Shown here in pieces: positions 20,751-31,751 of a stretch of DNA of 64,000 nucleotides (positions are counted from its first letter, which is position 1; every line of letters begins with the position of its first letter). A model generated the notes under the pieces. It was not told where the DNA came from and did not search any database. It worked only from the letters and a program-made list of their open reading frames with translations. Origin of the DNA: an uncultured Candidatus Binatia bacterium (lineage in GTDB: Bacteria > Desulfobacterota > Binatia > UBA9968 > JAJDTQ01); the NCBI GenBank assembly GCA_964291295.2, contig OZ219754.1:704001-768000 (forward strand), read 5' to 3'. The position numbers and the translations under genes are program-made.

Positions 20751-21895
20751 GTATCGTTCTCCTGGCCGAGGCGGGGGCTGGTCCCGACCCGGACCCCGCT
20801 CGCCGCCGACCGTGCGATGGCATGGATGACGCGCTCGTAGCGCAGGGCGACGGCAAAATCGGGGTCGGCCGGCACGTCGTCCGCTATCGCCTTCAGCAGG
20901 TTGGCCAGCTCGATGGTCTTGAGGTCGTTGAAGCCCAGTCCGTGACCGGGAGCCGGGCAGAAACTGCCGTACGGCTCGTGCGCCGGCCCGGCCAGGATCG
21001 TCTTGAAACCCGCATCGCTGGTCGGTCCCTGGTTCCGGTAGAGCTGCAGTTCGTTCATGCGTTCCTGATTCTGGACCAGCATGCCGGCGTCGCCGTGAAG
21101 CTCCCACGCCAAGTGGTTCTTCCGCCCCCAGGCGGCCCGGGACGATGAAATCGTGCCGGACACGCCGCTTTCGAAAGAAACCAGCGCCGAGGCGACGTCC
21201 TCGTTCTCCACCACCTGCCGGCCCCGGCCGTCCGCGGCAGGACGGGTGGGGTAGTGGATACGGCAGTCGGCAAGGACGCTTTCGATGGGCCCGAGCAGCC
21301 GGTCGGCCATGCTGACCAGGTGACACAGCATGTCTCCGAGCACGCCCAGCCCGGCCTCGGCCCTGGCGGCGCGCCACGTCCACGGCCGCTCCGGGTCGGC
21401 CTGGTAGTCCTCGTCGCACACGCCGCGAAAGAAGAGCGGGCGACCGATGGCTCCCGAAAGGAGCAACTCGCGGGCATGCCGGAACAGGGGATTGCACAGA
21501 TAGCCATAGCCGACGAGGGTCTTGCCCCGGGCCCGGGCGGCGGCCGCGGCCATGCGCTCGGCCTGGTCCAGCGTCAACCCCAGCGGCTTTTCGCAGTAGA
21601 CATGTTTTCCGGCCGCCAGCGCCGCCAGCGCCATCTCGCAGTGAAACCGGTTGGGCGTCGTGATGGAAATGAGATGGACGTCGGCATCCTCCACCACCAC
21701 GCGCCAGTCATCGGTCACCCGCTCGAAACCGCATCGTGCGGCGTGGTAGGCGGCAAGGTCGGCGCGGCGGTCGCAGACGCGCACGAGACGCGGCGCGAAC
21801 GGAGCGTCCAGGACCGCTCTGACCGACCGGTAGGCCAGCGTGTGGCACTTGCCCATGAAACCCGTACCGATCAGACCGACGCCGATAGTGCGCAT
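20747..21895 (-). CDS. Gfo/Idh/MocA oxidoreductase (inositol-isomer dehydrogenase-like)
   Basis: GLIGTGFMG, ITTPNRFH, CEKP, GHGLGFNDLK. Confidence 0.9.
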   Translation of the reverse strand: MRTIGVGLIGTGFMGKCHTLAYRSVRAVLDAPFAPRLVRVCDRRADLAAYHAARCGFERVTDDWRVVVEDADVHLISITTPNRFHCEMALAALAAGKHVYCEKPLGLTLDQAERMAAAAARARGKTLVGYGYLCNPLFRHARELLLSGAIGRPLFFRGVCDEDYQADPERPWTWRAARAEAGLGVLGDMLCHLVSMADRLLGPIESVLADCRIHYPTRPAADGRGRQVVENEDVASALVSFESGVSGTISSSRAAWGRKNHLAWELHGDAGMLVQNQERMNELQLYRNQGPTSDAGFKTILAGPAHEPYGSFCPAPGHGLGFNDLKTIELANLLKAIADDVPADPDFAVALRYERVIHAIARSAASGVRVGTSPRLGQENDT

Positions 21896-22099
21896 GTTCT
21901 CCTCCGACGTGGAAGCGGCATCCGCGCCATTCCGGAGGATGGCAACGCGTCGTCCCGGCCGCAGGTTCCATTGTTTCCAATTCCGGTATTTGAGTCTATA
22001 CTCTCTCCGGGAAAAAGCAGGCCCCGTTTCGGGGGCTCGGGACAGGCCTGGCGCCGTCGTCGCCGTCGATTCGGGCGCACGGCGTGAAAGGAGGACACC

Positions 22100-23074
22100 A
22101 TGAAGTGGACCCTGCAATCGACCGTGAAGTCGCGGTTGTTCGTATTTGCGGTGGCCGCCCTGGCTGCGGCGGCGCTGGCCGGAACGCCGCATGTCGCTAC
22201 CGCCGGCGGCGAGAAATTCGTGCTGATCAGCCATGCTCCGGACAGCGACAGCTGGTGGAACACCATCAAGAACGCCATCAAGGTGGCGGGCGACCAGATG
22301 AACGTGAAGGTCGACTATCGCAATCCGCCCACCGGCGACCTGGCCGACATGGCGCGTATCGTCGAGCAGGCTTCGGCGGCCGACCCGGCCGGCATCATCG
22401 TGACCATTGCCGACTTCGACGTGCTCAAGGGGCCGATCATGGACGCGGTGGACAAGGGCATCCCGGTCATCACCATCAATTCCGGGACCCGGAAGCAGTC
22501 GGAACAGCTCGGTGCCCTGTTGCACGTGGGGCAGCCGGAATACGACGCCGGCTTCGGTGCCGGCAAGCAGGCCCGAAAAGCGGGCGTCCAACAGTTCCTG
22601 TGCGTCAACCATTACATCACCAATCCGGCTTCCGTGGAGCGGTGCCAAGGCTACGCCGACGCCCTGGGCGTGAAGCTGGGCCGCCAGATGATCGACAGCG
22701 GCCAGGATCCGGCCGAGATCAAGAACAAGGTCAAGGCCCACTTGAACAGCAACCGCAAGGCCAACGGCATCCTGACCCTGGGGCCGACCTCGGCCCACCC
22801 GACGCTGGCGGCGCTGCAGGAGATGGGGCTCAAGGGCGAGATTCATTTCTCCACCTTCGACCTTTCCGGCGAAATCGCCAACGGCATCAAGGACGGCACC
22901 ATCGCCTTCGCCATCGACCAGCAGCCTTACCTCCAGGGCTACATGCCCGTGGTCATCCTCACGAACCTGGCGCGTTACGGCGTGTTGCCGTCGGGTCACA
23001 TGAACTCGGGTCCCGGGTTCGTGACCCGGAAGAACATCGCCCTGGTGGAGAAATACGCAGGCGAGTTCCGCTGA
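22100..23074 (+). CDS. Sugar (myo-inositol) ABC transporter substrate-binding protein
   Basis: Signal peptide, SHAPDSDSWW, IDQQPYLQGY; first gene of the iol operon. Confidence 0.88.
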   Translation: MKWTLQSTVKSRLFVFAVAALAAAALAGTPHVATAGGEKFVLISHAPDSDSWWNTIKNAIKVAGDQMNVKVDYRNPPTGDLADMARIVEQASAADPAGIIVTIADFDVLKGPIMDAVDKGIPVITINSGTRKQSEQLGALLHVGQPEYDAGFGAGKQARKAGVQQFLCVNHYITNPASVERCQGYADALGVKLGRQMIDSGQDPAEIKNKVKAHLNSNRKANGILTLGPTSAHPTLAALQEMGLKGEIHFSTFDLSGEIANGIKDGTIAFAIDQQPYLQGYMPVVILTNLARYGVLPSGHMNSGPGFVTRKNIALVEKYAGEFR

Positions 23075-23218
23075 TCCGGCTCCGGCGTTTTCCCTTGTCG
23101 GTGCGGCCGCGCGCCGTCGCGGCCGCACCGCGGTCCGACCGCGAGCCGGGACGGGTCCGGAACCCGCCGCGTCCGGCCTGACGGCGGCGTGCGGCTCGCC
23201 GTGCACGGGGAGGAAATC

Positions 23219-24316
23219 ATGGCCGACGAACGGCTGAAGGAAATGTCATCGTTCCGCCGCGCGATGATACGGCCCGAACTGGGCGCCATCTGCGGAACGA
23301 TCCTCGTCTTTGTCTTCTTTCTCCTGGTGGCCGCCGACTCCGGCATGTTCAGTCCGGAAGGCGTGATGAACTGGGGTGTCGTCTCGGCTCAGTTCGCCAT
23401 CATCGCGGTAGGCGCGTGCCTGTTGATGATCGCGGGGGAGTTCGATCTGTCGGTGGGCTCGATGATCGGGTTCGCCGGCGTCGTCATTGCCATCGTTTCG
23501 GTTCAGTGGGGCTATCCGGTATGGCTTGGCATCGGTCTGGCCTTTGCCATCGCCATGGCGCTGGGGGCGCTGAACGGCTGGTTGGTCATCCGAACCGGCC
23601 TTCCGAGCTTCATCGTCTCCCTGGCCTTTCTCTACATCCTGCGCGGCCTGACGATCTTCGTGTCCATCGCCACCACCCGCAAGACCATCATCGGCGGTGT
23701 CAAGGAGGCCGCACAGGGAGACTGGCTGGCACCGCTGTTCGGCGGCAAGATCCTTGACGGCCTGTTCGTCCAGCTCGCCGACATGGGGCTGATCGAGACC
23801 TTTACCCGCGGCCGGCGTGCGGGCGAACCCATCGTTGACGGCATTCCCATGCTGATGGTCTGGGCGGTGGTGCTGGTCGTCGCCGGCCACTGGGTGCTCA
23901 CCCGCACGAAGTTCGGCAACTGGATCTATGCCTCGGGCGGGGACGCCCAGGCTGCGCGCTACACCGGCGTTCCGGTAAACCGCGTGAAAATCCTGATGTT
24001 CATGCTGACGGCGTTCTGCGCCACCGTTTTCGCTACCTGCCAGGTGATGGAGTTCGGTTCCGCCGCGGCCGACCGCGGTCTGCTCAAGGAGTTCGAGGCC
24101 ATCATCTGTGTCGTCATCGGCGGCGCCCTGCTGACCGGCGGATACGGCTCGGTGGTGGGCGCGGCCCTGGGCGCGCTGATCTTCGGGGTCGTCCAGCAGG
24201 GCCTGTTCTTCACGGGCGTGGACAGCAGTCTGTTCCGGGTCTTCCTCGGCCTCATCCTGCTGTTGGCGGTGATCCTCAACACCTACATCCGCCGCATGAT
24301 CACGGGAGAACGATGA
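23219..24316 (+). CDS. Sugar ABC transporter permease
   Basis: GEFDLSVGS, multiple TM helices, [13 protein letters not shown]. Confidence 0.9.
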   Translation: MADERLKEMSSFRRAMIRPELGAICGTILVFVFFLLVAADSGMFSPEGVMNWGVVSAQFAIIAVGACLLMIAGEFDLSVGSMIGFAGVVIAIVSVQWGYPVWLGIGLAFAIAMALGALNGWLVIRTGLPSFIVSLAFLYILRGLTIFVSIATTRKTIIGGVKEAAQGDWLAPLFGGKILDGLFVQLADMGLIETFTRGRRAGEPIVDGIPMLMVWAVVLVVAGHWVLTRTKFGNWIYASGGDAQAARYTGVPVNRVKILMFMLTAFCATVFATCQVMEFGSAAADRGLLKEFEAIICVVIGGALLTGGYGSVVGAALGALIFGVVQQGLFFTGVDSSLFRVFLGLILLLAVILNTYIRRMITGER

Positions 24317-25134
24317 TGAGCGAACCGCTTTACGAAATGCGCGACGTCGGCACCGGCGAGGCCTCGCTGATCGAGTTGCAGGAGATCGAGAAGCACTTCG
24401 GCCCGGTCATCGCCCTGGCGGGCGTCTCGGTGGCAGTGTACGCGGGCGAGTGCCATTGTCTGCTGGGCGACAACGGCGCCGGCAAGTCCACCTTCATCAA
24501 GACCATGTCGGGGGTGCACAAGCCCACCCGCGGGCAGATCCTCATGGGCGGCCAGCCGGTGAATTTCGAAAGCCCGCGCGACGCCATGCATGCCGGCATC
24601 GCCACCGTGTACCAGGACCTGGCGATGATCCCGCTGATGTCGGTGACGCGCAACTTCTGGATGGGCCGCGAGCCTACCCGGGGGTGGGGGCCGTTCCGGT
24701 TCATCGACTTCAGGAAGGCCAACGAGGTCACCATGACCCGCATGGCCGACATGGGCATTCGCCTGCGCGAGCCCACCCAGGCTGTGGGAACCCTGTCCGG
24801 CGGCGAGCGCCAGACCGTCGCCATCGCCCGCGCCGTCTACTTCGGTGCCAGGATCCTGATCCTGGACGAACCCACGTCCGCGTTGGGAGTGCGGCAGACC
24901 TCCAACGTGCTGGCCACCATCGACCGTGTGCGCAGGACCGGCATCGGCGTGGTCTTCATCACCCACAACGTCCGCCATGCCATGGCGGTCGGAGACCGCT
25001 ACACGGTCTTGAACCGCGGCACGACCCTGGGCACGGCCCGGCGCGGCGAGATCCAGGCCGACGAGCTTCAGGACATGATGGCGGGCGGCCAGGAACTGGC
25101 CGAACTCGAAGGCTCGCTGGGCGGCACCGTGTGA
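24313..25134 (+). CDS. Sugar ABC transporter ATP-binding protein
   Basis: [22 protein letters not shown]. Confidence 0.92.
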   Translation: MMSEPLYEMRDVGTGEASLIELQEIEKHFGPVIALAGVSVAVYAGECHCLLGDNGAGKSTFIKTMSGVHKPTRGQILMGGQPVNFESPRDAMHAGIATVYQDLAMIPLMSVTRNFWMGREPTRGWGPFRFIDFRKANEVTMTRMADMGIRLREPTQAVGTLSGGERQTVAIARAVYFGARILILDEPTSALGVRQTSNVLATIDRVRRTGIGVVFITHNVRHAMAVGDRYTVLNRGTTLGTARRGEIQADELQDMMAGGQELAELEGSLGGTV

Positions 25135-27026
25135 AACGGACCCTGGACATCATCTCCATCGGCCGCTCGTCGGTGGATCTCTACGGCGGCCAGGTGGGCG
25201 GGCGGCTGGAAGACATGCGGTCGTTCCGCAAGTATGTCGGCGGCTCGCCCACCAATGCCGCCGCCGGCGCCGCCCGGCTCGGCCTCAAGGCCGCGGTCCT
25301 CACGCGTGTGGGCGACGAGCCCATGGGCCGCTTCATCCGCGAACAACTGCGCGCCGAAGGGGTCGACGTCCGCGGCGTGCTCACGGATCCGGAGCGCCTG
25401 ACCGCCCTGGTGCTGCTGGGCATCCGCGACCAGGAGCGGTTTCCGCTTGTCTTCTACCGCGAAAACTGTGCCGACATGGCGTTGTCGCCGGACGACATCG
25501 ACCCGGACTTCATCGCCCAGGCGCGCTGCCTGCTTGCCTCGGGCACCCACCTGTCGCATCCCCGCACCGAGGCGACCACGATGCGGGCGCTGGAGCTGGC
25601 GCGGGAATCGGGCGCGCGCACGATCCTGGATATCGACTACCGGCCGAACCTGTGGGGCCTCGCCGGCCACGGGGACGGCGAAAGCCGCTTCATCGAGTCG
25701 GCGGCCGTGACCGCCAGGCTGCAGCGCACCTTGGCACGTTTCGACGTGATCGTGGGCACCGAAGAGGAGTTTCACATCGCCGGCGGCGTCTCGGATACCA
25801 TCGCGGCGCTGGCCCGGGTCCGCGACCTCTCCGCCGCCACGCTGGTGTGCAAGCGCGGCGCCGCGGGTGCCACCGCCTTCGAGACCACCATCCCCGCGAG
25901 CCTGGAGGACGGCGTCAGCGGACCGTCCTTCACGGTCGAAGTGTACAACGTCCTGGGAGCGGGAGACGGCTTCATGGCCGGCCTGCTCAAGGGCTGGCTT
26001 TCGGGGGAGGACTGGGCCGAGACCCTGCGCATCGCCAACGCCTGCGGCGCGCTGGCGGTGTCGCGCCACGGCTGCACGCCGGCGTATCCCAGTGCCGTGG
26101 AGTTGCGCGACTTTCTGGAGAACGGGTCGTCGACGCCGGCCGTGCGGCACGATGCGCGCCTGGAGCAGCTCCACTGGGCCACCAACCGGACCCGGGCGTG
26201 GCCCCGCATGCGCGTCTTCGCCTTCGACCACCGCGCCTGGTTCGAGGCTGCCGCCAGGAACACGGCGCGCATCGGCGCATTCAAGCGCCTGTGCCTGGAG
26301 GCGGCGCTTCGCGTCGCCGACGGCCGCGACGGATACGGGATCCTGTGCGACGGCCGCCTGGGCCGCGACGCCCTCTACGCCGCGGCGGGCACGGGCCTGT
26401 GGATCGGGCGTCCGGTGGAGCGGCCCGGGACCCGGCCGCTGCGGCTGGAGATCGGTGACGACTGCGGCTCGGCGCTGGCGGAATGGCCCAGCGAACATGT
26501 GGTGAAGGTTCTCTGCTTCTACCGCCCGGACGACCCGGAGACATTGCGCGCCGACCAGGAGGCAACGGTCCGGCGGCTGGCACGGGCCGCACGGGCCAAC
26601 GGACTGGACCTTCTCGTGGAGATCGTGCCGTCGAAGTTCGGACCGGTGGACGACGCCACCACGGCCGCCGTCATCAAGCGATTCTACGCCATCGGGGTTT
26701 TTCCCGACTGGTGGAAGCTGGAGCCGATGGCCTCCGGGGCCGCCTGGGGCAAGGCCTGTGGTGCCATCGACGCTCACGATCCGCACTGCCGGGGCATCGT
26801 GGTGCTGGGCCTGGACGCTCCCTTTGAAGAGCTGCGGGAGAGCTTCCAGGCCGCCGCCAGCCACGAGCGCGTGAAAGGATTCGCCGTCGGGCGCACGATC
26901 TTCGGGGTGGCCGCGCAGGCATGGCTGGCCGGGGAGATGACCGACGGCGAAGCCGTGGCACTCATGGCCGGGAACTTCTCCAGGCTCTGCACAGCCTGGG
27001 ACGAAGCACGGAACAGGGGCGGATGA
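25131..27026 (+). CDS. iolC: 5-dehydro-2-deoxygluconokinase with C-terminal aldolase (DUF2090) domain
   Basis: [16 protein letters not shown] PfkB motif, [23 protein letters not shown]; GTG start overlaps the upstream stop. Confidence 0.92.
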   Translation: MKRTLDIISIGRSSVDLYGGQVGGRLEDMRSFRKYVGGSPTNAAAGAARLGLKAAVLTRVGDEPMGRFIREQLRAEGVDVRGVLTDPERLTALVLLGIRDQERFPLVFYRENCADMALSPDDIDPDFIAQARCLLASGTHLSHPRTEATTMRALELARESGARTILDIDYRPNLWGLAGHGDGESRFIESAAVTARLQRTLARFDVIVGTEEEFHIAGGVSDTIAALARVRDLSAATLVCKRGAAGATAFETTIPASLEDGVSGPSFTVEVYNVLGAGDGFMAGLLKGWLSGEDWAETLRIANACGALAVSRHGCTPAYPSAVELRDFLENGSSTPAVRHDARLEQLHWATNRTRAWPRMRVFAFDHRAWFEAAARNTARIGAFKRLCLEAALRVADGRDGYGILCDGRLGRDALYAAAGTGLWIGRPVERPGTRPLRLEIGDDCGSALAEWPSEHVVKVLCFYRPDDPETLRADQEATVRRLARAARANGLDLLVEIVPSKFGPVDDATTAAVIKRFYAIGVFPDWWKLEPMASGAAWGKACGAIDAHDPHCRGIVVLGLDAPFEELRESFQAAASHERVKGFAVGRTIFGVAAQAWLAGEMTDGEAVALMAGNFSRLCTAWDEARNRGG

Positions 27027-27029
27027 TCC

Positions 27030-28844
27030 ATGAAAACCATCCGACTGACCGCGGCCCAGGCGCTGGTGCGTTTTCTCGGCGCACAGGCGAACGAAGACGG
27101 CGAGCGCTTCGTGGCCGGGGTCTGGGCCATCTTCGGGCACGGCAATGTCGCCGGCCTGGGCGAGGCCCTGTATCAGGCCGGTGACGCGCTGCCCACCTGG
27201 CGCGGCCACAACGAACAGGGCATGGCCCACGCGGCCATCGCCTACGCCAAGGCCCACAACCGCAAACGGGCCATGGCGGTGACCTCGTCCATCGGCCCGG
27301 GGGCCACCAACATGGTCACGGCGGCGGCGCTGGCGCATGTGAACCGCCTGCCGGTGCTGTTCCTGCCCGGCGACGTGTTCGCCAACCGGCTTCCCGACCC
27401 GGTGCTGCAACAGGTGGAGGACTTCGCCGACGGCACCGTGAGCGCCAACGACTGCTTCCGCCCCGCAAGCCGGTACTTCGACCGCATCACCCGCCCGGAG
27501 CAACTGCTGGCGGCGCTGCCGCGCGCCATGGCGACGCTCGTCGATCCGGCCGGATGCGGCCCGGTCACCCTCGCCCTGTGTCAGGACGTCCAGGCCGAGG
27601 CTTGCGACTACCCCGAAACCTTCTTCCGGCCGCGCACCTGGGTCATGCGCCGACAACGGCCCGACGCGGGCGAACTGGCGCGCGCGGCCCGGTCCCTGCG
27701 CGCGGCGCGGACACCTCTGATCGTCGCCGGCGGCGGCGTCCACTATTCCGACGCCTGCGAAACGCTGGCCGCGTTCGCGCAACGGCGCGGCATCCCCGTC
27801 GCCGAAACCCAGGCCGGGAAGGCGGCGCTGCCGTGGAGCCACCCGTGCTCGGTGGGCGCCATCGGCGTCACCGGCACCGAAAGCGCCAACACCTTGGCCC
27901 GCACCGCGGACCGGATCCTTGCGGTGGGAACCCGCTTGCAGGACTTCACCACCGGATCCCGGAGCCTGTTTCAGAATCCGGATGTCCGGCTGCTGGCCAT
28001 CAACGCGGCCGCCTTCGACGCCGCCAGGCACGACGCCCTGGCGGTGGTGGGCGACGCCCGCACGACCCTGGAGGAGCTGGATGCCGTCCTGGGCGACTGC
28101 GTCTTCGCGTTGCCGGACAAAGCACTCAAGGCCGATTGGGACCGGGCCGCCGACGCCGCCACCCGTGCGGCCGGCACCGTGCCGTCGGACGCCCAGGTGA
28201 TCGGCGCCGTCCAGCGGACCATGGCCGACAACGGCATCGTCGTGTGCGCGGCCGGCGGCCTGCCGGGCGAACTGCACAAGCTGTGGCGCTCGCCCCGGCG
28301 CGGCGACTATCACCTGGAATACGGCTACTCGTGCATGGGCTACGAGATCGCCGGCGGACTGGGCGTCAAGATGGCATGCCCCGAAGCCGACGTGGTGGTG
28401 GTGGTGGGCGACGGCTCCTACATGATGATGAACTCGGAGCTGGCCACCAGCGTCATGCTGGGCCTGAAGCTGACCGTCGTGGTTCTCGACAACCGCGGCT
28501 TCGGATGCATCGACCGGCTGCAACGCGCCACCGGCGGAGCCAGCTTCAACAACCTGCTGGACACCGCCCGGCACCAGACGCCCTCGGCCATCGATTTCGC
28601 TGCCCATGCCGCCTCCATGGGGACCCTCGCGAGCCATGTCGATGACATCCGGGGGCTGGAGGCCGCCCTGGTGGAAGCGCGCTCGGCGGACCGGACTTCG
28701 GTCATCGTCATCGACACCGATCCGCTGGCCGCCACCGCAGCCGGCGGCCACTGGTGGGACGTGGCCGTGCCCGAGGTTTCGGAGCGGGCGGAAGTGGCGG
28801 CGGCGCGCGAATCCTATGACGCCGCGCTGAGAAGACGCCCGTGA
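27030..28844 (+). CDS. iolD: 3D-(3,5/4)-trihydroxycyclohexane-1,2-dione acylhydrolase
   Basis: AIFGHGNVAG, HNEQGMAH, HLEYGYSCMGYE, GDGSY TPP motif. Confidence 0.95.
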   Translation: MKTIRLTAAQALVRFLGAQANEDGERFVAGVWAIFGHGNVAGLGEALYQAGDALPTWRGHNEQGMAHAAIAYAKAHNRKRAMAVTSSIGPGATNMVTAAALAHVNRLPVLFLPGDVFANRLPDPVLQQVEDFADGTVSANDCFRPASRYFDRITRPEQLLAALPRAMATLVDPAGCGPVTLALCQDVQAEACDYPETFFRPRTWVMRRQRPDAGELARAARSLRAARTPLIVAGGGVHYSDACETLAAFAQRRGIPVAETQAGKAALPWSHPCSVGAIGVTGTESANTLARTADRILAVGTRLQDFTTGSRSLFQNPDVRLLAINAAAFDAARHDALAVVGDARTTLEELDAVLGDCVFALPDKALKADWDRAADAATRAAGTVPSDAQVIGAVQRTMADNGIVVCAAGGLPGELHKLWRSPRRGDYHLEYGYSCMGYEIAGGLGVKMACPEADVVVVVGDGSYMMMNSELATSVMLGLKLTVVVLDNRGFGCIDRLQRATGGASFNNLLDTARHQTPSAIDFAAHAASMGTLASHVDDIRGLEAALVEARSADRTSVIVIDTDPLAATAAGGHWWDVAVPEVSERAEVAAARESYDAALRRRP

Positions 28845-29749
28845 TCCGCTACGGCACCAATCCGGTCGCCTGGTCCAACGACGACGACCCCAGCCTGGGG
28901 GGCGACATCCCGCTGGAGCGGTGTTTGAGCGACGCCAGCCGGATCGGCTTCGAGGGGATCGAGAAAGGCCGCAAGTTTCCTTCCGATGCCACGACCCTGG
29001 CAGCGACCCTCCAGCCCTACGGCCTGGCCTGCGTGTCCGGGTGGCATTCGCTGAGGCTGCTCGAACGATCCGTGGAGGAGGAAAGGGCCGCGATCCAGCC
29101 GCACCTGGATGTGCTGGCAGCGCTGGGATGCCCGGTCTGCATCGTGTGCGAGACCACCGGCGCGGTCCACCGCGATATCGACGCGCCCCTGAGCCATCGA
29201 CCGAAGCTCGCGCCATCCGGCTGGGACCGCTTCTGCGCCAACGTCGAGGCCATCGCCGCACACTGCCTCGCCCGAGGCGTGCGCCTGGCGTATCATCACC
29301 ACATGGGGACGGTGGTGGAGAGCATGGAAGAGATCGAGGCGTTCATGGCGCGCGCCGGTCCCCGCACCGGGCTGCTGCTGGACACTGGCCATGCGACCTT
29401 CGCGGGCGCCGATCCGGCAGTCCTGGCCCAGCGCTACATGGACCGCATCGTCCACATCCACGCCAAGAACGTTCGCCCCGCCATCCGGCAAAGAGCGCTC
29501 GCGGAAGGGTTGTCGTTCCTGCAGGCGGTCCGGCTCGGCGTGTTCACGGTTCCGGGGGACCGCGAGGGCGGCGTCGATTTCCCGGCGGTGCTGCGCATCG
29601 CCGCCCGCCATCACTATTCGGGCTGGCTGGTCGCCGAGGCCGAGCAGGATCCGGCGCAACGCGATCCGGTGGTCTACCAGACACTGGCGTTGAAGACACT
29701 CCGCGCCATGGCGCGGGAAGTCGGCCTGGACCAGGAGGAAGTCCATTGA
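28841..29749 (+). CDS. iolE: myo-inosose-2 dehydratase
   Basis: NPVAWSNDD, YHHHMGT, LLDTGH, VAEAEQDP. Confidence 0.94.
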   Translation: MIRYGTNPVAWSNDDDPSLGGDIPLERCLSDASRIGFEGIEKGRKFPSDATTLAATLQPYGLACVSGWHSLRLLERSVEEERAAIQPHLDVLAALGCPVCIVCETTGAVHRDIDAPLSHRPKLAPSGWDRFCANVEAIAAHCLARGVRLAYHHHMGTVVESMEEIEAFMARAGPRTGLLLDTGHATFAGADPAVLAQRYMDRIVHIHAKNVRPAIRQRALAEGLSFLQAVRLGVFTVPGDREGGVDFPAVLRIAARHHYSGWLVAEAEQDPAQRDPVVYQTLALKTLRAMAREVGLDQEEVH

Positions 29750-30555
29750 GCAGCCTGTTGCGCAAGCCGTCGGGGACGACTGGCAAGGTCATCGACATCA
29801 CGCCCGAGAACGCCGGGTGGAGGTACGTCGGTTTCGCCGTTTACGCTTTGCGGCCCGGGGAAACGGCCGGCGAAGCCACCGGGAACCGCGAGGTCATCCT
29901 GGTCATGATCGACGGAAAGGCCCGGCTGTCCTGCCCCGATGCCGACTTCGGCGTCCAGGGCCGGCGCATGAGCGTGTTCGAACAGACCCGGCCGCACGCC
30001 GTCTACATTCCCGACGGCACCTCCTGGTCCGCCCGGGCGGAGACCGACTGCACCCTCGCGGTGTGCTCGGCGCCCGGCTTCGGCGGGCACGCGGCCGGGG
30101 CCATCGATCCGGAGCGCATCCCCGTCCTGAAACGCGGCAAGGGCGCGAATACGCGCTACGTGCACCCCATCGCCATGGACGACGCCGACATCGCCGACAG
30201 CCTGCTGATCACCGAGGTGTTCACGCCCCAGGGCAACTGGTCGAGCTACCCGCCGCACCGTCATGACAGTGACCAGGGCGAGGAGATGACCTGTCTCGAA
30301 GAGACCTACTACCACCGGATCCATCCGCCCCAGGGCTTCGGCTTTCAGCGCGTCTTCACCGAAGACGGCGAACTGGACGAAACCATGGCGGTGGCCGACG
30401 GCGACACCGTGCTGGTGCCGCGCGGGCATCATCCGTGCGGTGCACCCTACGGTTACGACATGTACTATCTGAACGTCATGGCGGGTCCGAGGCGCAAGTG
30501 GCGCTTCAGGAACCACCCCGACCACGACTGGATCTTCCAGCGGGACTCGAAGTGA
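29746..30555 (+). CDS. iolB: 5-deoxy-glucuronate isomerase
   Basis: GNWSSYPPHRHD, LEETYYH, YYLNVMAGP; TTG start overlaps the iolE stop. Confidence 0.94.
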   Translation: MSSLLRKPSGTTGKVIDITPENAGWRYVGFAVYALRPGETAGEATGNREVILVMIDGKARLSCPDADFGVQGRRMSVFEQTRPHAVYIPDGTSWSARAETDCTLAVCSAPGFGGHAAGAIDPERIPVLKRGKGANTRYVHPIAMDDADIADSLLITEVFTPQGNWSSYPPHRHDSDQGEEMTCLEETYYHRIHPPQGFGFQRVFTEDGELDETMAVADGDTVLVPRGHHPCGAPYGYDMYYLNVMAGPRRKWRFRNHPDHDWIFQRDSK

Positions 30556-31571
30556 CGGACGAGCCTGTCCGGCTGGCGCTCCTGGGCGCCGGCCGTATCG
30601 GACAGATCCACGCCCGGTCCATCGCGGGCTGCGAGGGGGCAGCCCTGATTGCCGTGGCCGATCCGGTGGAGGCGGCGGCCGCCGCGGCAGCCCGGCTTGC
30701 GGACGCGCGCACCGCAACGGTCGAGGCCGTGCTGGACGATCCCGCCATCGAAGGCGTCCTCATCGCCGCTCCCACCGACCTGCACACCGAACTCATCGAA
30801 AAGGCCGCCGCGGCGGGCAAGGCGATCTTCTGCGAGAAGCCCGTCGACCTCGACCTGTCCCGCGCGCGGCGGGGCGTGGCCGCCGCGGACCGGCGCGGCG
30901 TCGCCTTGATGACCGGGTTCCATCGCCGCTTCGACCCCTCGTTCCGGCGCCTGCGCGACGACATCGACCAGGGCCGCATCGGCAGCGTCGAACTCGTGCA
31001 GATCACCTCCCGGGACCCCGCGCCGCCCCCGACCGCCTACATCGCGCGCTCCGGCGGACTGTTCCGGGACATGATGATCCACGACTTCGACATGGCGCGC
31101 TTCCTCATGGGCGAACCCATCGTCCAGGTCGGCGCCACCGGCTCGGCCATCATCGACGCGGCCAGGGCCGGCGACGTGGACACCGCGGTGGCCATGCTGC
31201 GTTCGACGAGCGGCCGCTTGTGCGTCATTTCCAACTCGCGCCGCACCACCTACGGCTACGACCAGCGCATCGAAGTCCACGGCTCCGCCGGCATGGTCTG
31301 CGCCGGCAATCCCACAGCCACCACCGTCACCCGCGCCGGCCCGTCGGGATTCGTCACCGAGCCCCTCCAGCGCTTCTTCACGGACCGTTACGCCGCCGCC
31401 TACCGGGAAGAGATCGCCACCTTCTGCGCCGTCGTCCGGGGCGCCGGCATCGACTACCCGAACGGCCTGGACGGCCTGGCCGCTCTCGCCCTCGCCGACG
31501 CCGCCACCGAGTCGGCGGCCACCGGCCGCACCGTCACGGTGGAGCGTGCGGAGACGAAGAATCCCGCGTGA
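30552..31571 (+). CDS. iolG: Inositol 2-dehydrogenase
   Basis: GAGRIG, CEKP, GFHRRFDP, SGGLFRDMMIHDFD, YGYDQRIE. Confidence 0.92.
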   Translation: MTDEPVRLALLGAGRIGQIHARSIAGCEGAALIAVADPVEAAAAAAARLADARTATVEAVLDDPAIEGVLIAAPTDLHTELIEKAAAAGKAIFCEKPVDLDLSRARRGVAAADRRGVALMTGFHRRFDPSFRRLRDDIDQGRIGSVELVQITSRDPAPPPTAYIARSGGLFRDMMIHDFDMARFLMGEPIVQVGATGSAIIDAARAGDVDTAVAMLRSTSGRLCVISNSRRTTYGYDQRIEVHGSAGMVCAGNPTATTVTRAGPSGFVTEPLQRFFTDRYAAAYREEIATFCAVVRGAGIDYPNGLDGLAALALADAATESAATGRTVTVERAETKNPA

Positions 31572-31751
31572 GGACCGCCGCTCCGTCGTCCGGTTTCCGC
31601 ATGCGGCGGCGGAGGGGTCCGGACTTGGCCCGTCTTGACCCGCGGGTAAAACCCGGCGGCTGCCGCGGTTCCAGTATCTCCGGGGACCGTCGATCAGGTT
31701 CTGATCCCGGTTGTCACGGCAAGGCCACGAAACCCGGCCCGTCGCCCAGGT

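Noticed and set aside
20747-23206. Long N-terminal extensions in the ORF track (e.g. Gfo/Idh 819 aa, iolC 858 aa, amidohydrolase 731 aa) as fusion proteins
   Set aside because: The extensions overlap neighbouring real genes; internal starts with RBS or stop-start overlaps give normal lengths
25068-29261. 1397-aa minus-strand ORF (also 42455..45493, 58465..61119, 15218..17365 and similar)
   Set aside because: Antisense shadows of well-supported genes in high-GC DNA, with no motifs of their own
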